DNA from: a bacterium
GTDB taxonomy: Bacteria; UBA6262; WVXT01
DNA length: 59,849 nucleotides
Assembly (NCBI GenBank): GCA_046759165.1
Contig: JBHIBS010000002.1
Span: 1-59,849 of the forward strand
Direction: 5' to 3'
The first letter of the stretch is position 1. Each line of letters opens with the position of its first letter. The position numbers and the translations under genes are program-made. The notes below the pieces were generated by a model, which did no database searches, had not been told where the DNA came from, and was given only the letters and a program-made list of their open reading frames with translations. Of this stretch, positions 1 through 8,030 are shown piece after piece.

Positions 1-143
1 GTATTTTCAGTTTATTGATTTTCCGACGAGAAAATAGTTTTGTGACAGGCACAACCCGTAATTAAAAGGAGGTTATACTAATTAGGAAACTTAAAGAGAC
101 GGAATATTACAAAAAGGAGAGAGCTCTTCTGGTAGGGGTAGAA

Positions 144-1397
144 GTGGTGGGCAAGGATACCAGGTCTGTTGAGGAAAGCTTGGAGGAATTGGCCCTGCTG
201 ACGAGTTCAGCCGACGCTGAGGTTGCTTGCCAAACAATCCAGAGAAGAGAGCGAATCGATCCAGGCTGCTTTATCGGGAGAGGAAAGGCTTTTGAAATAA
301 GGAATCTCTGTAGTGAACAGGAAATCACCACAGTCATTTTTGATGACGATCTCTCACCTGCGCAGCAGAGGAATTTAGAGGAAATTATTGAGCGCAAGGT
401 CATCGATCGCACTCGTTTAATTTTAGACATATTTGCCAGAAGAGCTCGCAGCCAGGAAGGGAAATTGCAGGTAGAGTTAGCTCAGTTAACTTACCTTTTG
501 CCTCGCCTGAGTGGAAAAGGAGTAACTCTTGCTCAGCAGGTAGGTGGCATTGGAGTGCGTGGGCCGGGTGAGAAGAAGCTCGAATATGATAGAAGGAGAG
601 TAAAGGAACGTATAACCAAACTGCAAAAGGAGATAGGTAAAGTAAGTGAGCACCGCCAGCAACAAAGGCGGAAAAGGCGAGGAGTTCCCCTGCCAATTAT
701 TGCCCTTGTGGGTTACACCAATTCAGGCAAAACAACTTTGTTGAATACCTTAACTTCTTCCGATGTCTTCGTAGAGGATAAACTATTCTCAACTCTCGAC
801 CCCACCATACGCAGGTTGATTTTGCCCAATAAAGAGAAAGTGCTAATTGTAGATACAGTAGGTTTTATTCATAAATTGCCCCTTCAATTAGTGGCTGCCT
901 TCAGAGCGACCCTGGAAGAGGTTACTTCCAGTGATTTGCTTCTTCACATCGTGGATGTCAGCCATCCCGAGTTTCAAAAACAGATTATTGCAGTGGAGAA
1001 GGTACTTCAGGAACTTAATGCTCTTGGCAAGCCGACGATAACTCTTTTTAATAAAACAGACATGGTCAAAAACAGTCCACTCCTGCCCCGTCTCGAAAGG
1101 AAGTACAAAGATAGCATAAATATTTCCGCCAAGAGGGGCTGGGGAATGGATAGGTTGCATAATAGGATAATTGAGCACTTCGGAAAGGAGAGGGCCGTCA
1201 TAAATCTCGTAATTCCTCAGGCTCGTAACGACCTGGTGAGCTTGGTCTACGAAAAGGGGACAGTCCTTTCCCGTAAGTATAATGGTAAAGACATAATAGT
1301 TCAGGCTGAACTTGACCAGAAGACGGCTCAGAGCTTAAAGGAGTTTATTAAGAAGAAACGCCGGCGCCCAGTCCATTCTGCTGTTGCGGGGAAATAA
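144..1397 (+). CDS. hflX: GTPase HflX
   Basis: G1 GYTNSGKTTLLN, G3 DTVGF, G4 NKTD, plus the HflX N-domain. The frame is open back to 66 and the conserved ERALLVGV segment lies upstream of 144. The true start is probably a non-ATG codon about 75-81, after AAGGAGG at 66-72. Confidence 0.9.
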   Translation: MVGKDTRSVEESLEELALLTSSADAEVACQTIQRRERIDPGCFIGRGKAFEIRNLCSEQEITTVIFDDDLSPAQQRNLEEIIERKVIDRTRLILDIFARRARSQEGKLQVELAQLTYLLPRLSGKGVTLAQQVGGIGVRGPGEKKLEYDRRRVKERITKLQKEIGKVSEHRQQQRRKRRGVPLPIIALVGYTNSGKTTLLNTLTSSDVFVEDKLFSTLDPTIRRLILPNKEKVLIVDTVGFIHKLPLQLVAAFRATLEEVTSSDLLLHIVDVSHPEFQKQIIAVEKVLQELNALGKPTITLFNKTDMVKNSPLLPRLERKYKDSINISAKRGWGMDRLHNRIIEHFGKERAVINLVIPQARNDLVSLVYEKGTVLSRKYNGKDIIVQAELDQKTAQSLKEFIKKKRRRPVHSAVAGK

Positions 1398-1398
1398 C

Positions 1399-1947
1399 TT
1401 GAACTTGGCCAATTCTATTACTCTTTTTCGTATAGTCATAATCCCAGTTTTTGTGTTTCTCTTACTCAAACACCACCCTTATTTGCCTTTCCTTCTCTTC
1501 TCATTGGCAATTGTCACAGATGGACTGGATGGTATGGCTGCCCGTATTCAAAAACAGAAGACAAAATTGGGAAGTATCCTAGATCCACTGGCAGATAAAC
1601 TCTTATTGGCCGCTGCGTATGTAACCTTAGCCCTTCTGGAGCTCGTTCCCCTGTGGGTAGTGATTGTTGTTTTCAGTCGAGACTTGGTTCTCATCTTAGG
1701 CTGGTTGATAATCTATTTTTCCACAAACATATCTACAGCCATGCCTACTATATTGGGGAAGGCGACTTCGGTTTTGCAGATGACTGTGGTATTTTTAGTC
1801 CTTCTCTCTAGCAGTGGCTATTTGGCAGAAGGAAAGTGGTTGGCAATTAAGCCGCTTATCCTCTCTGTTATGATTCTATTTACAGTAATTTCAGGAATGG
1901 AATATAGCTTTCGCGGAATTCGTCTAATAAGCAAGAAGACTGCGTAA
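1399..1947 (+). CDS. pgsA: CDP-diacylglycerol--glycerol-3-phosphate 3-phosphatidyltransferase (CDP-alcohol phosphatidyltransferase family)
   Basis: Motif DGLDGMAAR...G...DPLADK and a multi-TM profile. TTG at 1399 gives the N-terminus (M)NLANSITLFRI and sits just after the hflX stop; the ORF track starts at 1384. Confidence 0.85.
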   Translation: MNLANSITLFRIVIIPVFVFLLLKHHPYLPFLLFSLAIVTDGLDGMAARIQKQKTKLGSILDPLADKLLLAAAYVTLALLELVPLWVVIVVFSRDLVLILGWLIIYFSTNISTAMPTILGKATSVLQMTVVFLVLLSSSGYLAEGKWLAIKPLILSVMILFTVISGMEYSFRGIRLISKKTA

Positions 1948-2025
1948 GATAAGAAATGTACTCTGCAGTCCCCGATGAAATCTGGGGACTCTAGTCGCTC
2001 GATTAAGGGCGTTGAGCGTCCCGAA

Positions 2026-2697
2026 ATGAATATATTCAAATTTATTCTAATTCTATTGAGCGCATATTTAATCGGTTCTCTTCCCTTCGGTTACTTGGCC
2101 GGAAAGTTAATTAAGCATATCGACCTTCGGCAAGAGGGAAGCAGAAATGTGGGAGCAACCAATGTCTTTCGAGTGGTGGGAATTTTGCCGGGCATCGTCA
2201 TTCTCCTTCTTGATATTTCAAAAGGTTTCCTCTCTATCCATCTGGCCAGTTTATACAATTTGGGTGGAAGTATGAGTATATCGCCACAAGCTTTTAACTT
2301 GATCAGGATGAGCGCTGGATTAGCTGCAGTCGCAGGACACAATTGGACTATATTTTTGAAGTTCCATGGAGGAAAAGGCGTAGCTACCGGTTTCGGGGTC
2401 GCCCTCGGGTTGGTTCCGCTCCCTGCTTTGATGAGTCTGGCAATTTTTGCAGTGGCAACAGGTTTAACTCGCTATGTATCTTTAGGCTCAATCCTTGCGG
2501 TTCTGGCGTTTCCCTTAAATTGTCTATTATTTAAGGAACCGTTGATGTTGGTCTTTTTCGGCAGTATTGCCGCCTTGGTTGTACTGGCCAGGCACCAGGC
2601 GAATATAAAAAGGTTAATTGCTGGCACAGAAAACAGAATTAAATGGGTAAGGGGAAGGAAAGGATTCCAACTTTTAAGAGGAAATGAGAAGTGGTGA
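2026..2697 (+). CDS. plsY: glycerol-3-phosphate acyltransferase PlsY
   Basis: AYLIGSLPFGY, GSRNVGATN and HNWTIFLKFHGGKGVATG. The internal ATG at 2026 gives the canonical PlsY N-terminus; the ORF track starts at 1975. Confidence 0.9.
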   Translation: MNIFKFILILLSAYLIGSLPFGYLAGKLIKHIDLRQEGSRNVGATNVFRVVGILPGIVILLLDISKGFLSIHLASLYNLGGSMSISPQAFNLIRMSAGLAAVAGHNWTIFLKFHGGKGVATGFGVALGLVPLPALMSLAIFAVATGLTRYVSLGSILAVLAFPLNCLLFKEPLMLVFFGSIAALVVLARHQANIKRLIAGTENRIKWVRGRKGFQLLRGNEKW

Positions 2698-3716
2698 AAA
2701 ACGTCGCTGTACTGGGTGCTGGGAGCTGGGGTATAACGCTTGCTATACTGCTCTTTGAAAAAGGATTTTTCGTCAAAGTCTGGGAATTTGAGAGGGAACA
2801 GGCTGAAATACTTAGGAAGAAGCGCAAGTTAAGATTCTTGCCCTGGGTCGATATTCCCCGGGAAATTGAAATCACTTCCAGCATTTCCCATGCCCTGGAA
2901 GGAGTCCGGTTAGTTGTGATAGCCCTCCCCTCCCATGTAGTTAGAAGAGTAGGGAAAAAGATGGCCGAAGTATCTTTACCAGAAGATATAATAATTGTCA
3001 ACGTATCCAAGGGGCTCGAAGATAAAAGTCTTCTCAGAATGTCCCAAGTCCTATCTGAGGAGTTGCCCGAGAAATTACGAGACCAAATTGTAGTTCTCTC
3101 AGGTCCTTCCCATGCAGAGGAGGTCAGTAGAAAGATTCCCACTACAGTTGTCGTAGCCTCCGTAAACGAAAAGTTGAACTGGGAAGTTCAGAAATTTTTT
3201 TTTACGCCATACTTTCGGGTATATACAAATCCGGACATTATTGGAGTAGAAATGGGTGGAGCATTAAAGAATATTATTGCTATAGCTGTTGGGATTGGCG
3301 ATGGGTTGGGTTTTGGCGATAATAGCAAGGCAGCCTTAATTACCAGAGGGTTAGTAGAAATTACGCGGTTAGGCAAAGCTCTGGGAGCAAAACCTGCAAC
3401 ATTTTCAGGACTTTCCGGAATGGGAGACCTAATTGTGACCTGCACAAGTCGCTACAGTCGGAATAGAAATTTTGGAGAGAAGATCGGTCAGGGCAAAACC
3501 TTAAAGAAAGCACTCTCCGAGATAAAGATGGTTGTCGAGGGAATTCGCACTACAAAAGCAGCCTATCAACTGGCAAAGAACTACAAAGTTTCTATGCCCA
3601 TCACTGAGGAAGTGTATAAAGTTCTTTTTAAGAACAAGAAACCATCCGAGGCAGTGACAGATCTGATGCTTCGAGAAGCAAAGCCAGAGTTAGAAGAAGA
3701 TTTTCTAAAAATGTGA
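2691..3716 (+). CDS. gpsA: NAD(P)H-dependent glycerol-3-phosphate dehydrogenase
   Basis: Rossmann VLGAGSWGITLA and GALKNIIAIAVG. Lies in the conserved plsY-gpsA pairing. Confidence 0.92.
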   Translation: MVKNVAVLGAGSWGITLAILLFEKGFFVKVWEFEREQAEILRKKRKLRFLPWVDIPREIEITSSISHALEGVRLVVIALPSHVVRRVGKKMAEVSLPEDIIIVNVSKGLEDKSLLRMSQVLSEELPEKLRDQIVVLSGPSHAEEVSRKIPTTVVVASVNEKLNWEVQKFFFTPYFRVYTNPDIIGVEMGGALKNIIAIAVGIGDGLGFGDNSKAALITRGLVEITRLGKALGAKPATFSGLSGMGDLIVTCTSRYSRNRNFGEKIGQGKTLKKALSEIKMVVEGIRTTKAAYQLAKNYKVSMPITEEVYKVLFKNKKPSEAVTDLMLREAKPELEEDFLKM

Positions 3717-3744
3717 AGTTATACAATTTTGAAGGAGAAACCAA

Positions 3745-4008
3745 ATGAACAAGTCTGATCTGATTGAAGAGGTTGCCAGGGTCACCTGTGCTAAGAAGGA
3801 AGCGAAGGATGCTGTCAATGCCCTGATTTCTGCTATCAAGCAGGCCTTGGGGAAGAATGACAGAGTAGGAATTTCAGGATTTGGAACTTTCAGTGTCCGG
3901 GCAAGAAAACCAAGGGCGGGTCGGAATCCCAGGACGGGACAGCCAATAAAAATTTCACCAAAAAGGGTAGTCAGGTTTAAGCCGGCCAAGGATATTTTGG
4001 GGAGATAG
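3745..4008 (+). CDS. hup: HU family DNA-binding protein
   Basis: 87 aa, MNKSDLIEEVA...GFGTFSVRARKPRAGRNPRTGQPIKI (HU arm motif). SD GAAGGAGA lies upstream. Confidence 0.9.
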   Translation: MNKSDLIEEVARVTCAKKEAKDAVNALISAIKQALGKNDRVGISGFGTFSVRARKPRAGRNPRTGQPIKISPKRVVRFKPAKDILGR

Positions 4009-4038
4009 TAAAATTCTTAACGGTAAACAAGAACGCCT

Positions 4039-4395
4039 ATGCAAATTCCAGAGAAGAATTTCTTTTCAATAGGAGAGGCGAGCAAAATCACTGGTGTAAA
4101 GCCTTATGTCTTGAGGTACTGGGAATCGGAATTTAGGCTACTCCGTCCAGCCAGAAGGGAAAGCGGGCATCGGAAATATACTCCTAAAGACTTAGAGCTC
4201 ATCGGTGAGATAAAAGAACTGCTTTACGAGAACAAATTCAGCATAGCCGGCGCAAAGAAATATTTACTTGAGGAGAGAAAAAACAAGAAACAGCAGCTGA
4301 GACTCGACCTGGAAAAGGATAGCGCTGCTATAAGCGTCCTAAGGGAGACAAAAAAAACGATAAAAGAAATACTCAAGATGTTAGAAAAAGAATAA
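4039..4395 (+). CDS. MerR family transcriptional regulator
   Basis: N-terminal HTH FSIGEASKITGVKPYVLRYWESEF followed by a coiled-coil tail. Confidence 0.8.
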   Translation: MQIPEKNFFSIGEASKITGVKPYVLRYWESEFRLLRPARRESGHRKYTPKDLELIGEIKELLYENKFSIAGAKKYLLEERKNKKQQLRLDLEKDSAAISVLRETKKTIKEILKMLEKE

Positions 4396-4434
4396 AATGT
4401 GGAGTCCGCTGTTTACATTCGGCAACTGAAGAAT

Positions 4435-4511
4435 CGGGGCGTAGCGCAGTTGGTTAGCGCACCAGCATGGGGGGCTGGGGGTCGGCGGTTCGAGTCCGCT
4501 CGCCCCGACCA
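4435..4511 (+). tRNA. tRNA-Pro (anticodon GGG)
   Basis: Hand-folded cloverleaf: acceptor CGGGGCG/CGCCCCG, D arm GCGC-AGTTGGTTA-GCGC, anticodon arm CCAGC-AUGGGGG-GCTGG, T arm GGCGG-TTCGAGT-CCGCT. CCA is encoded. Confidence 0.93.
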
Positions 4512-4515
4512 AGCC

Positions 4516-4717
4516 AAACTTTGCGAATTGCTGGGGAAAAAATGAAGCTCGCTCAGCCTTGTTTTCGCTCAGCTTCGCTTTTTATAAGTCCTTTTATAAT
4601 AAAGAATTAAGTCAAATGGTTTTTGAAAATCTAAAAATATTTTTTTGTCCAGCAGGCGACGGTTTGTTCCAATTTTTTTCACAAAAGATTTTATTTCATA
4701 AAAATCACATAAGGAGG
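4516..4717 (+). repeat. leader-like repeat, copy 1 (3' module only)
   Basis: Starts AAACTTTGCGAATT 5 nt after the tRNA CCA and ends TCACATAAGGAGG. Aligns along its length with 7836-8026 and 10699-10876. Confidence 0.85.
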
Positions 4718-4786
4718 TAGAATGAAAGCATAGTGCACCTCAAGCAAGATAGTATATAATGGTGAAAAACGGAAAGGAGGTGCGCA

Positions 4787-5841
4787 ATGCAGTACATGGG
4801 AGTGGATAATCACAAGAGGTTCAGCTACATTGTAGTCACAAACAGAAAGGGCAATGTAGTAAAGGAAGACAAGGTACCAAATACCAGAGAGGCGCTGGGT
4901 AGATTTTTAAATAACCCACACCAGGACAGAAACTCTTATGCGGTCTTAGAGACGGGAAGGAACTGGACAGCACAGTAATGTATGATTGGCTGGAAGAAGA
5001 GGTAAAAGACGCGAAGTTAGCTCATCCTCTCAAGGTGAAGGCTATAGCTGAGGCCAGAATAAAGACAGACAAAATTGATGCCAAGACCTTGGCCGATCTA
5101 TTAAGGGCAGATCTAATTCCTGAGGCCTATGTTCCTTCACAAAAGGCAAGAGCGGCCAAAAACATCCTTAGACAGCGTATGTTCTTCGTCAAGGTAAGGA
5201 CTATGGTGAAAAATAGGATTCAAGCTATCCTTGACCACTATCCAGATATCTCTAACCAATGGTCTGGCACGGACCTATTTGGTAAACAAGGCAAGAGCTG
5301 GTTGAATTCTATCACCTTACCCGAACCGGATAATAAACTGCTCAAAGAACAAATCAAATTCTTCGATTCTTTAACTGAACGCATCAAGGCCTCTGATTAT
5401 CTGGTTAGTATACTAGCTAAGACTGATAACAGAGTAGCCCACTTAAGAACCATTCCTGGTATAGGGCTATTCTTCGCCACTTTGATAGCTTATGAGATAG
5501 ATGAGATAAAAAGATTCAGAATAGAGAAAAAGTTCAGAAGTTATATTGGTATTATACCTTCTACCTTTCAGACCTCTGAGACGCTCTATCATGGCCGAAT
5601 CACGAGAGAAGGTAACAAATACATAAGATGGGCCCTTATTGAGGCAGTATGGCCAGCTATGAATAAAGATTATTTCCTAAGAGCCTGCTATAACAAAATA
5701 AGACAGCGTAGAGGTGTAAATATAGCTAAGGTAGCTACAGCAAGACGCTTAGCGACAATAGTTTATCGAGTTCTATCTCAAAGTAGACCCTATATAGTCA
5801 ATTACCCCGGTCGCCCTCATGTTTTCCTGACGAATCCTTAG
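4787..5841 (+). pseudogene. IS110-family (DEDD) transposase, split into two ORFs by a frame change at TAATG (4976-4980)
   Basis: ORF1 (4787-4978) carries GVDNHK and LETGRNW. ORF2 (4978-5841) carries KTDKIDAKTLADL and the Transposase_20-like LRTIPGIGLFFATLIAYEI...GNKYIRWALIEA. The catalytic residues are divided between two frames. Confidence 0.8.
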
Positions 5842-6015
5842 TAATTTGGGATTGCGTCCTTTAAGGAGGTTGGGGGACCGGGGATCGAACTCTATAATGT
5901 GTTCCGATAAGGGGACGAATGGGAGGCTGATCATAAGATCACCCCATAAGCGATAGAAGTAATTAAAAACTTTTTAACCTGCATAGTGTAAAAAATACTT
6001 GCACTATGCTTTCAT
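5842..6015 (+). ncRNA. candidate IS1111-type bridge/seek RNA region (3' non-coding end of the IS)
   Basis: 174 nt of non-coding sequence after the transposase stop, against only about 50 nt before it. Contains hairpins TGATC-ATAA-GATCA and GCATAGTG-N13-CACTATGC. Inferred from family knowledge only. Confidence 0.3.
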
Positions 6016-6026
6016 GGAGGGTAATC

Positions 6027-7316
6027 ATGCAAAGTAAGAACATGAAACGCTGGTTCAAAGGAATTCTTTCTGGGGGAGGCATTGTGGTCTATTTTATCAT
6101 GGCTTTTGAAGTCATGATTATGATTAGTCCCTTTGCTTTCTTTTTCTATTCTGTTTTCAACCCGATTTTTCATCTTCTCGGAAAGTATTCCGCGACCCGG
6201 TGGCTAACCGGATTCTTTCTCCCCCATACGGTCTTTCCACCTGGTGTCTTTCTGCAGGGCATTAGAGTCCTTGGGTCTGTTTTGTTCATTTTAGGTCTCG
6301 GCTTCTTTCTTATTTGTGCGTCACAGGTATACTTGGGCAAGATTCTCAAGCGCGGCGTCGCCACCAAAGGTTTATACCAGGTGATTAGACATCCGCAATA
6401 TTTAGGCCTTGCGATTTGCGGCGCTGGCATGGCGATTCTATGGCCAAGGTTCCTAGTACTGGTGACACTCTCGCTGATGCTGATCCTTTACTACTTTCTA
6501 GCCAGAGACGAGGAACGCCGAATGACGAACGAGTATGGAGATGCCTATCAGAGATATATGGAGCAGACGGGTATGTTCCTTCCTCGATGGATTGAACGAC
6601 CAGTTACTTCTAATGCCCTCAGTAATAGGCTGAAGCCTTACCAATCAATAGTTTTTCCACTCGTTACAGTTGTCACTATTTTAGTCTTGGGCTTTGCCTT
6701 ACGCACATTAACCGTGGCTGAATTACCAGTAAAAATTGAAGGAAACATAGCGGTAGTTTCTATGCTTCCTGAGGATAATGGTTTTCTAAAGGGAGCGGCA
6801 AGCAACTTAAGCGGAGCAGAAGGAAAGTTGCCAAATAATCTCATTCTGAATCAAAATGAAGCATACCTTGGCTATCTCATGCCCGTGGATTACGTTATGC
6901 AGGGAATGATTGCTAATACCGGAAAGCGCTGGCAATTGTACAAGCGGCACCATGCTCTTCAAATGATAAGTGATTGGGTGTTTCACCCGTTCCGTCATCT
7001 TCGACAGCCACCGATGCATACAATGCAACACATGCCTACAGGACACACCATAGCCATGGCTCGCCGGCATCTATGTCCTTTGAACATCAACGACCCCACT
7101 TTGGAATGTAACAATTGCCCATATCGGAGAGTTGTGATAGTGCAAGTGGACAAGAAAAAGAAAAGGCCGTTGACAAAGGCGCTATTGTTCGCCCTTCGTG
7201 CTGAGAGAACAGCAGTTGCTTATCTTGACATGGACGTCCGTTCTGGCAAAATTATTGATGTAGTCAGAGTGCAAGGAAAAACGTTGTGGGAGGAGGTGCC
7301 AACCCCCATTTTTTAA
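6027..7316 (+). CDS. ICMT/PEMT-like membrane methyltransferase fused to an uncharacterised C-terminal domain of about 200 aa
   Basis: GLYQVIRHPQYLG...ARDEERRMTNEYGDAYQRY, multiple TM helices, then one more TM and a His/Cys-containing tail. ATG at 6027 follows GGAGGG (6016-6021); the ORF track starts at 6006, inside the IS inverted repeat. Confidence 0.8.
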   Translation: MQSKNMKRWFKGILSGGGIVVYFIMAFEVMIMISPFAFFFYSVFNPIFHLLGKYSATRWLTGFFLPHTVFPPGVFLQGIRVLGSVLFILGLGFFLICASQVYLGKILKRGVATKGLYQVIRHPQYLGLAICGAGMAILWPRFLVLVTLSLMLILYYFLARDEERRMTNEYGDAYQRYMEQTGMFLPRWIERPVTSNALSNRLKPYQSIVFPLVTVVTILVLGFALRTLTVAELPVKIEGNIAVVSMLPEDNGFLKGAASNLSGAEGKLPNNLILNQNEAYLGYLMPVDYVMQGMIANTGKRWQLYKRHHALQMISDWVFHPFRHLRQPPMHTMQHMPTGHTIAMARRHLCPLNINDPTLECNNCPYRRVVIVQVDKKKKRPLTKALLFALRAERTAVAYLDMDVRSGKIIDVVRVQGKTLWEEVPTPIF

Positions 7317-7517
7317 AGTCAGTATGGAAGCGACTTCGGCTAATTTAAGTTAGGCGCAGTAGGAATTTTTGGAAAGATAGTTTTTTTTGATACCAGTTTA
7401 AAATTGATGGGCAAATTTTGCCCCCATCCAAAATTTGCTCAAAAAGAAAGTGGCGAAAAAAAGCAATTTTGTCTTTTCTTCCTGCTTCGCCCGAGAAAGG
7501 GAAAGCAGGCTCGGAGC

Positions 7518-8026
7518 GCAGGCAACGGAAGACAGTCGTAGGCTGGCTGAAGTCCGAGCACCGAGACTGCTGGGTGTGTGGGGAGAAGATTTGGCTTCTC
7601 TGCCCGACAGGAGCATTTAACTACTTTGATTAAGGGCACAGGCGGACAAGCCCGAGCAAAATAGTTTCTTTTTAAGAATTTTGTTCGGCGCACACTTAAA
7701 AAAATAGAATTTTCCACAATGGCGTGGACGCAAGCCCGAAGTGTTAGCGAAGGGCAGGCCGAATCGCAGGACTAAGCTTTTGTTATTGATTTTTCAAAAT
7801 AGGTTCGCACTTCGTTTAATAACAGCGACCAAATGAAACTTTGCGAATTCTGGGGGAAAAATGAGGTCGATTGAGCCTCGACTTCGCTTTTTATAAAGTC
7901 TTTTATATTCAGGAATTAAATGAAATGGTTTTTCAAAATCTAAAAAGACTTTTCTATCCAGGAGGTGACGGTTCGTTCCAATTTTTTTCACAAAAGATTT
8001 TATTTCATAAAAATCATATAAGGAGG
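7518..8026 (+). repeat. leader-like repeat, copy 2 (5' module 7518-7835 + 3' module 7836-8026)
   Basis: Collinear with 10382-10876. The first 93 nt differ at only 2 positions. Ends in AAGGAGG 4 nt before the ATG at 8031. Confidence 0.9.
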
Positions 8027-8030
8027 AATT

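Larger units (their letters stand above)
4722..6015 (+). mobile_element. IS110/IS1111-family insertion sequence
   Basis: Perfect 15-bp inverted repeats ATGAAAGCATAGTGC (4722-4736) and GCACTATGCTTTCAT (6001-6015) flank a DEDD-type transposase. An 8-bp direct repeat GCATAGTG (4728-4735, 5981-5988) permits an alternative boundary of 4736-5980. TATAAT at 4755-4760 lies in the left end. Confidence 0.8.

Noticed and set aside
4542-4610. Plus-strand 22-aa mini-ORF in the 3' module as a leader peptide (MKLAQPCFRSASLFISPFIIKN; MRSIEPHFRSTSLVINPFILRN in copy 3).
   Set aside because: Copy 2 has a 10-nt deletion that breaks the frame. The substitutions are overwhelmingly non-synonymous. The region is better explained by the covarying stem.
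7540-7575. GCTGAAGTCCGAGCACCGAGAC resembling the RNase P RNA GGAAAGTCCGGGC (CR-I) motif.
   Set aside because: There are no other RNase P conserved regions or P4 partner, it is present in two copies, and it is far too short.
7439-7717. Minus-strand ORFs across the 5' repeat module (7439-7717 and 10309-10632). They share the peptide CRAEKPNLLPTHPAVSVLGLQPA(Y/F)DCLPLPA.
   Set aside because: The shared peptide only reflects the near-identical 93-nt DNA core. Upstream of it an indel puts the two copies in different frames, there is no SD, and the termini differ. Treated as non-coding.
7800-7833. GGTTCG...GCGACCA just upstream of the 3' module in copies 2 and 3, as a decayed tRNA-Pro 3' end (att-site scar).
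   Set aside because: Only the GGTTCG and CGACCA words match the tRNA T-arm and acceptor end. The spacing differs and the stems do not pair. Suggestive, but not demonstrable by eye.
7794-7991. Minus-strand peptide (V/M)KKIGTNR(H/R)(L/P)LD(R/K)K(V/I)FLDF(E/Q)KPF... conserved in all three 3' modules, with several synonymous differences.
   Set aside because: No SD on that strand. Only a GTG start. The stop position differs in each copy (about 29, 38 and 65 aa). The ratio of synonymous to non-synonymous changes is only weakly suggestive. It would need more copies to revisit.
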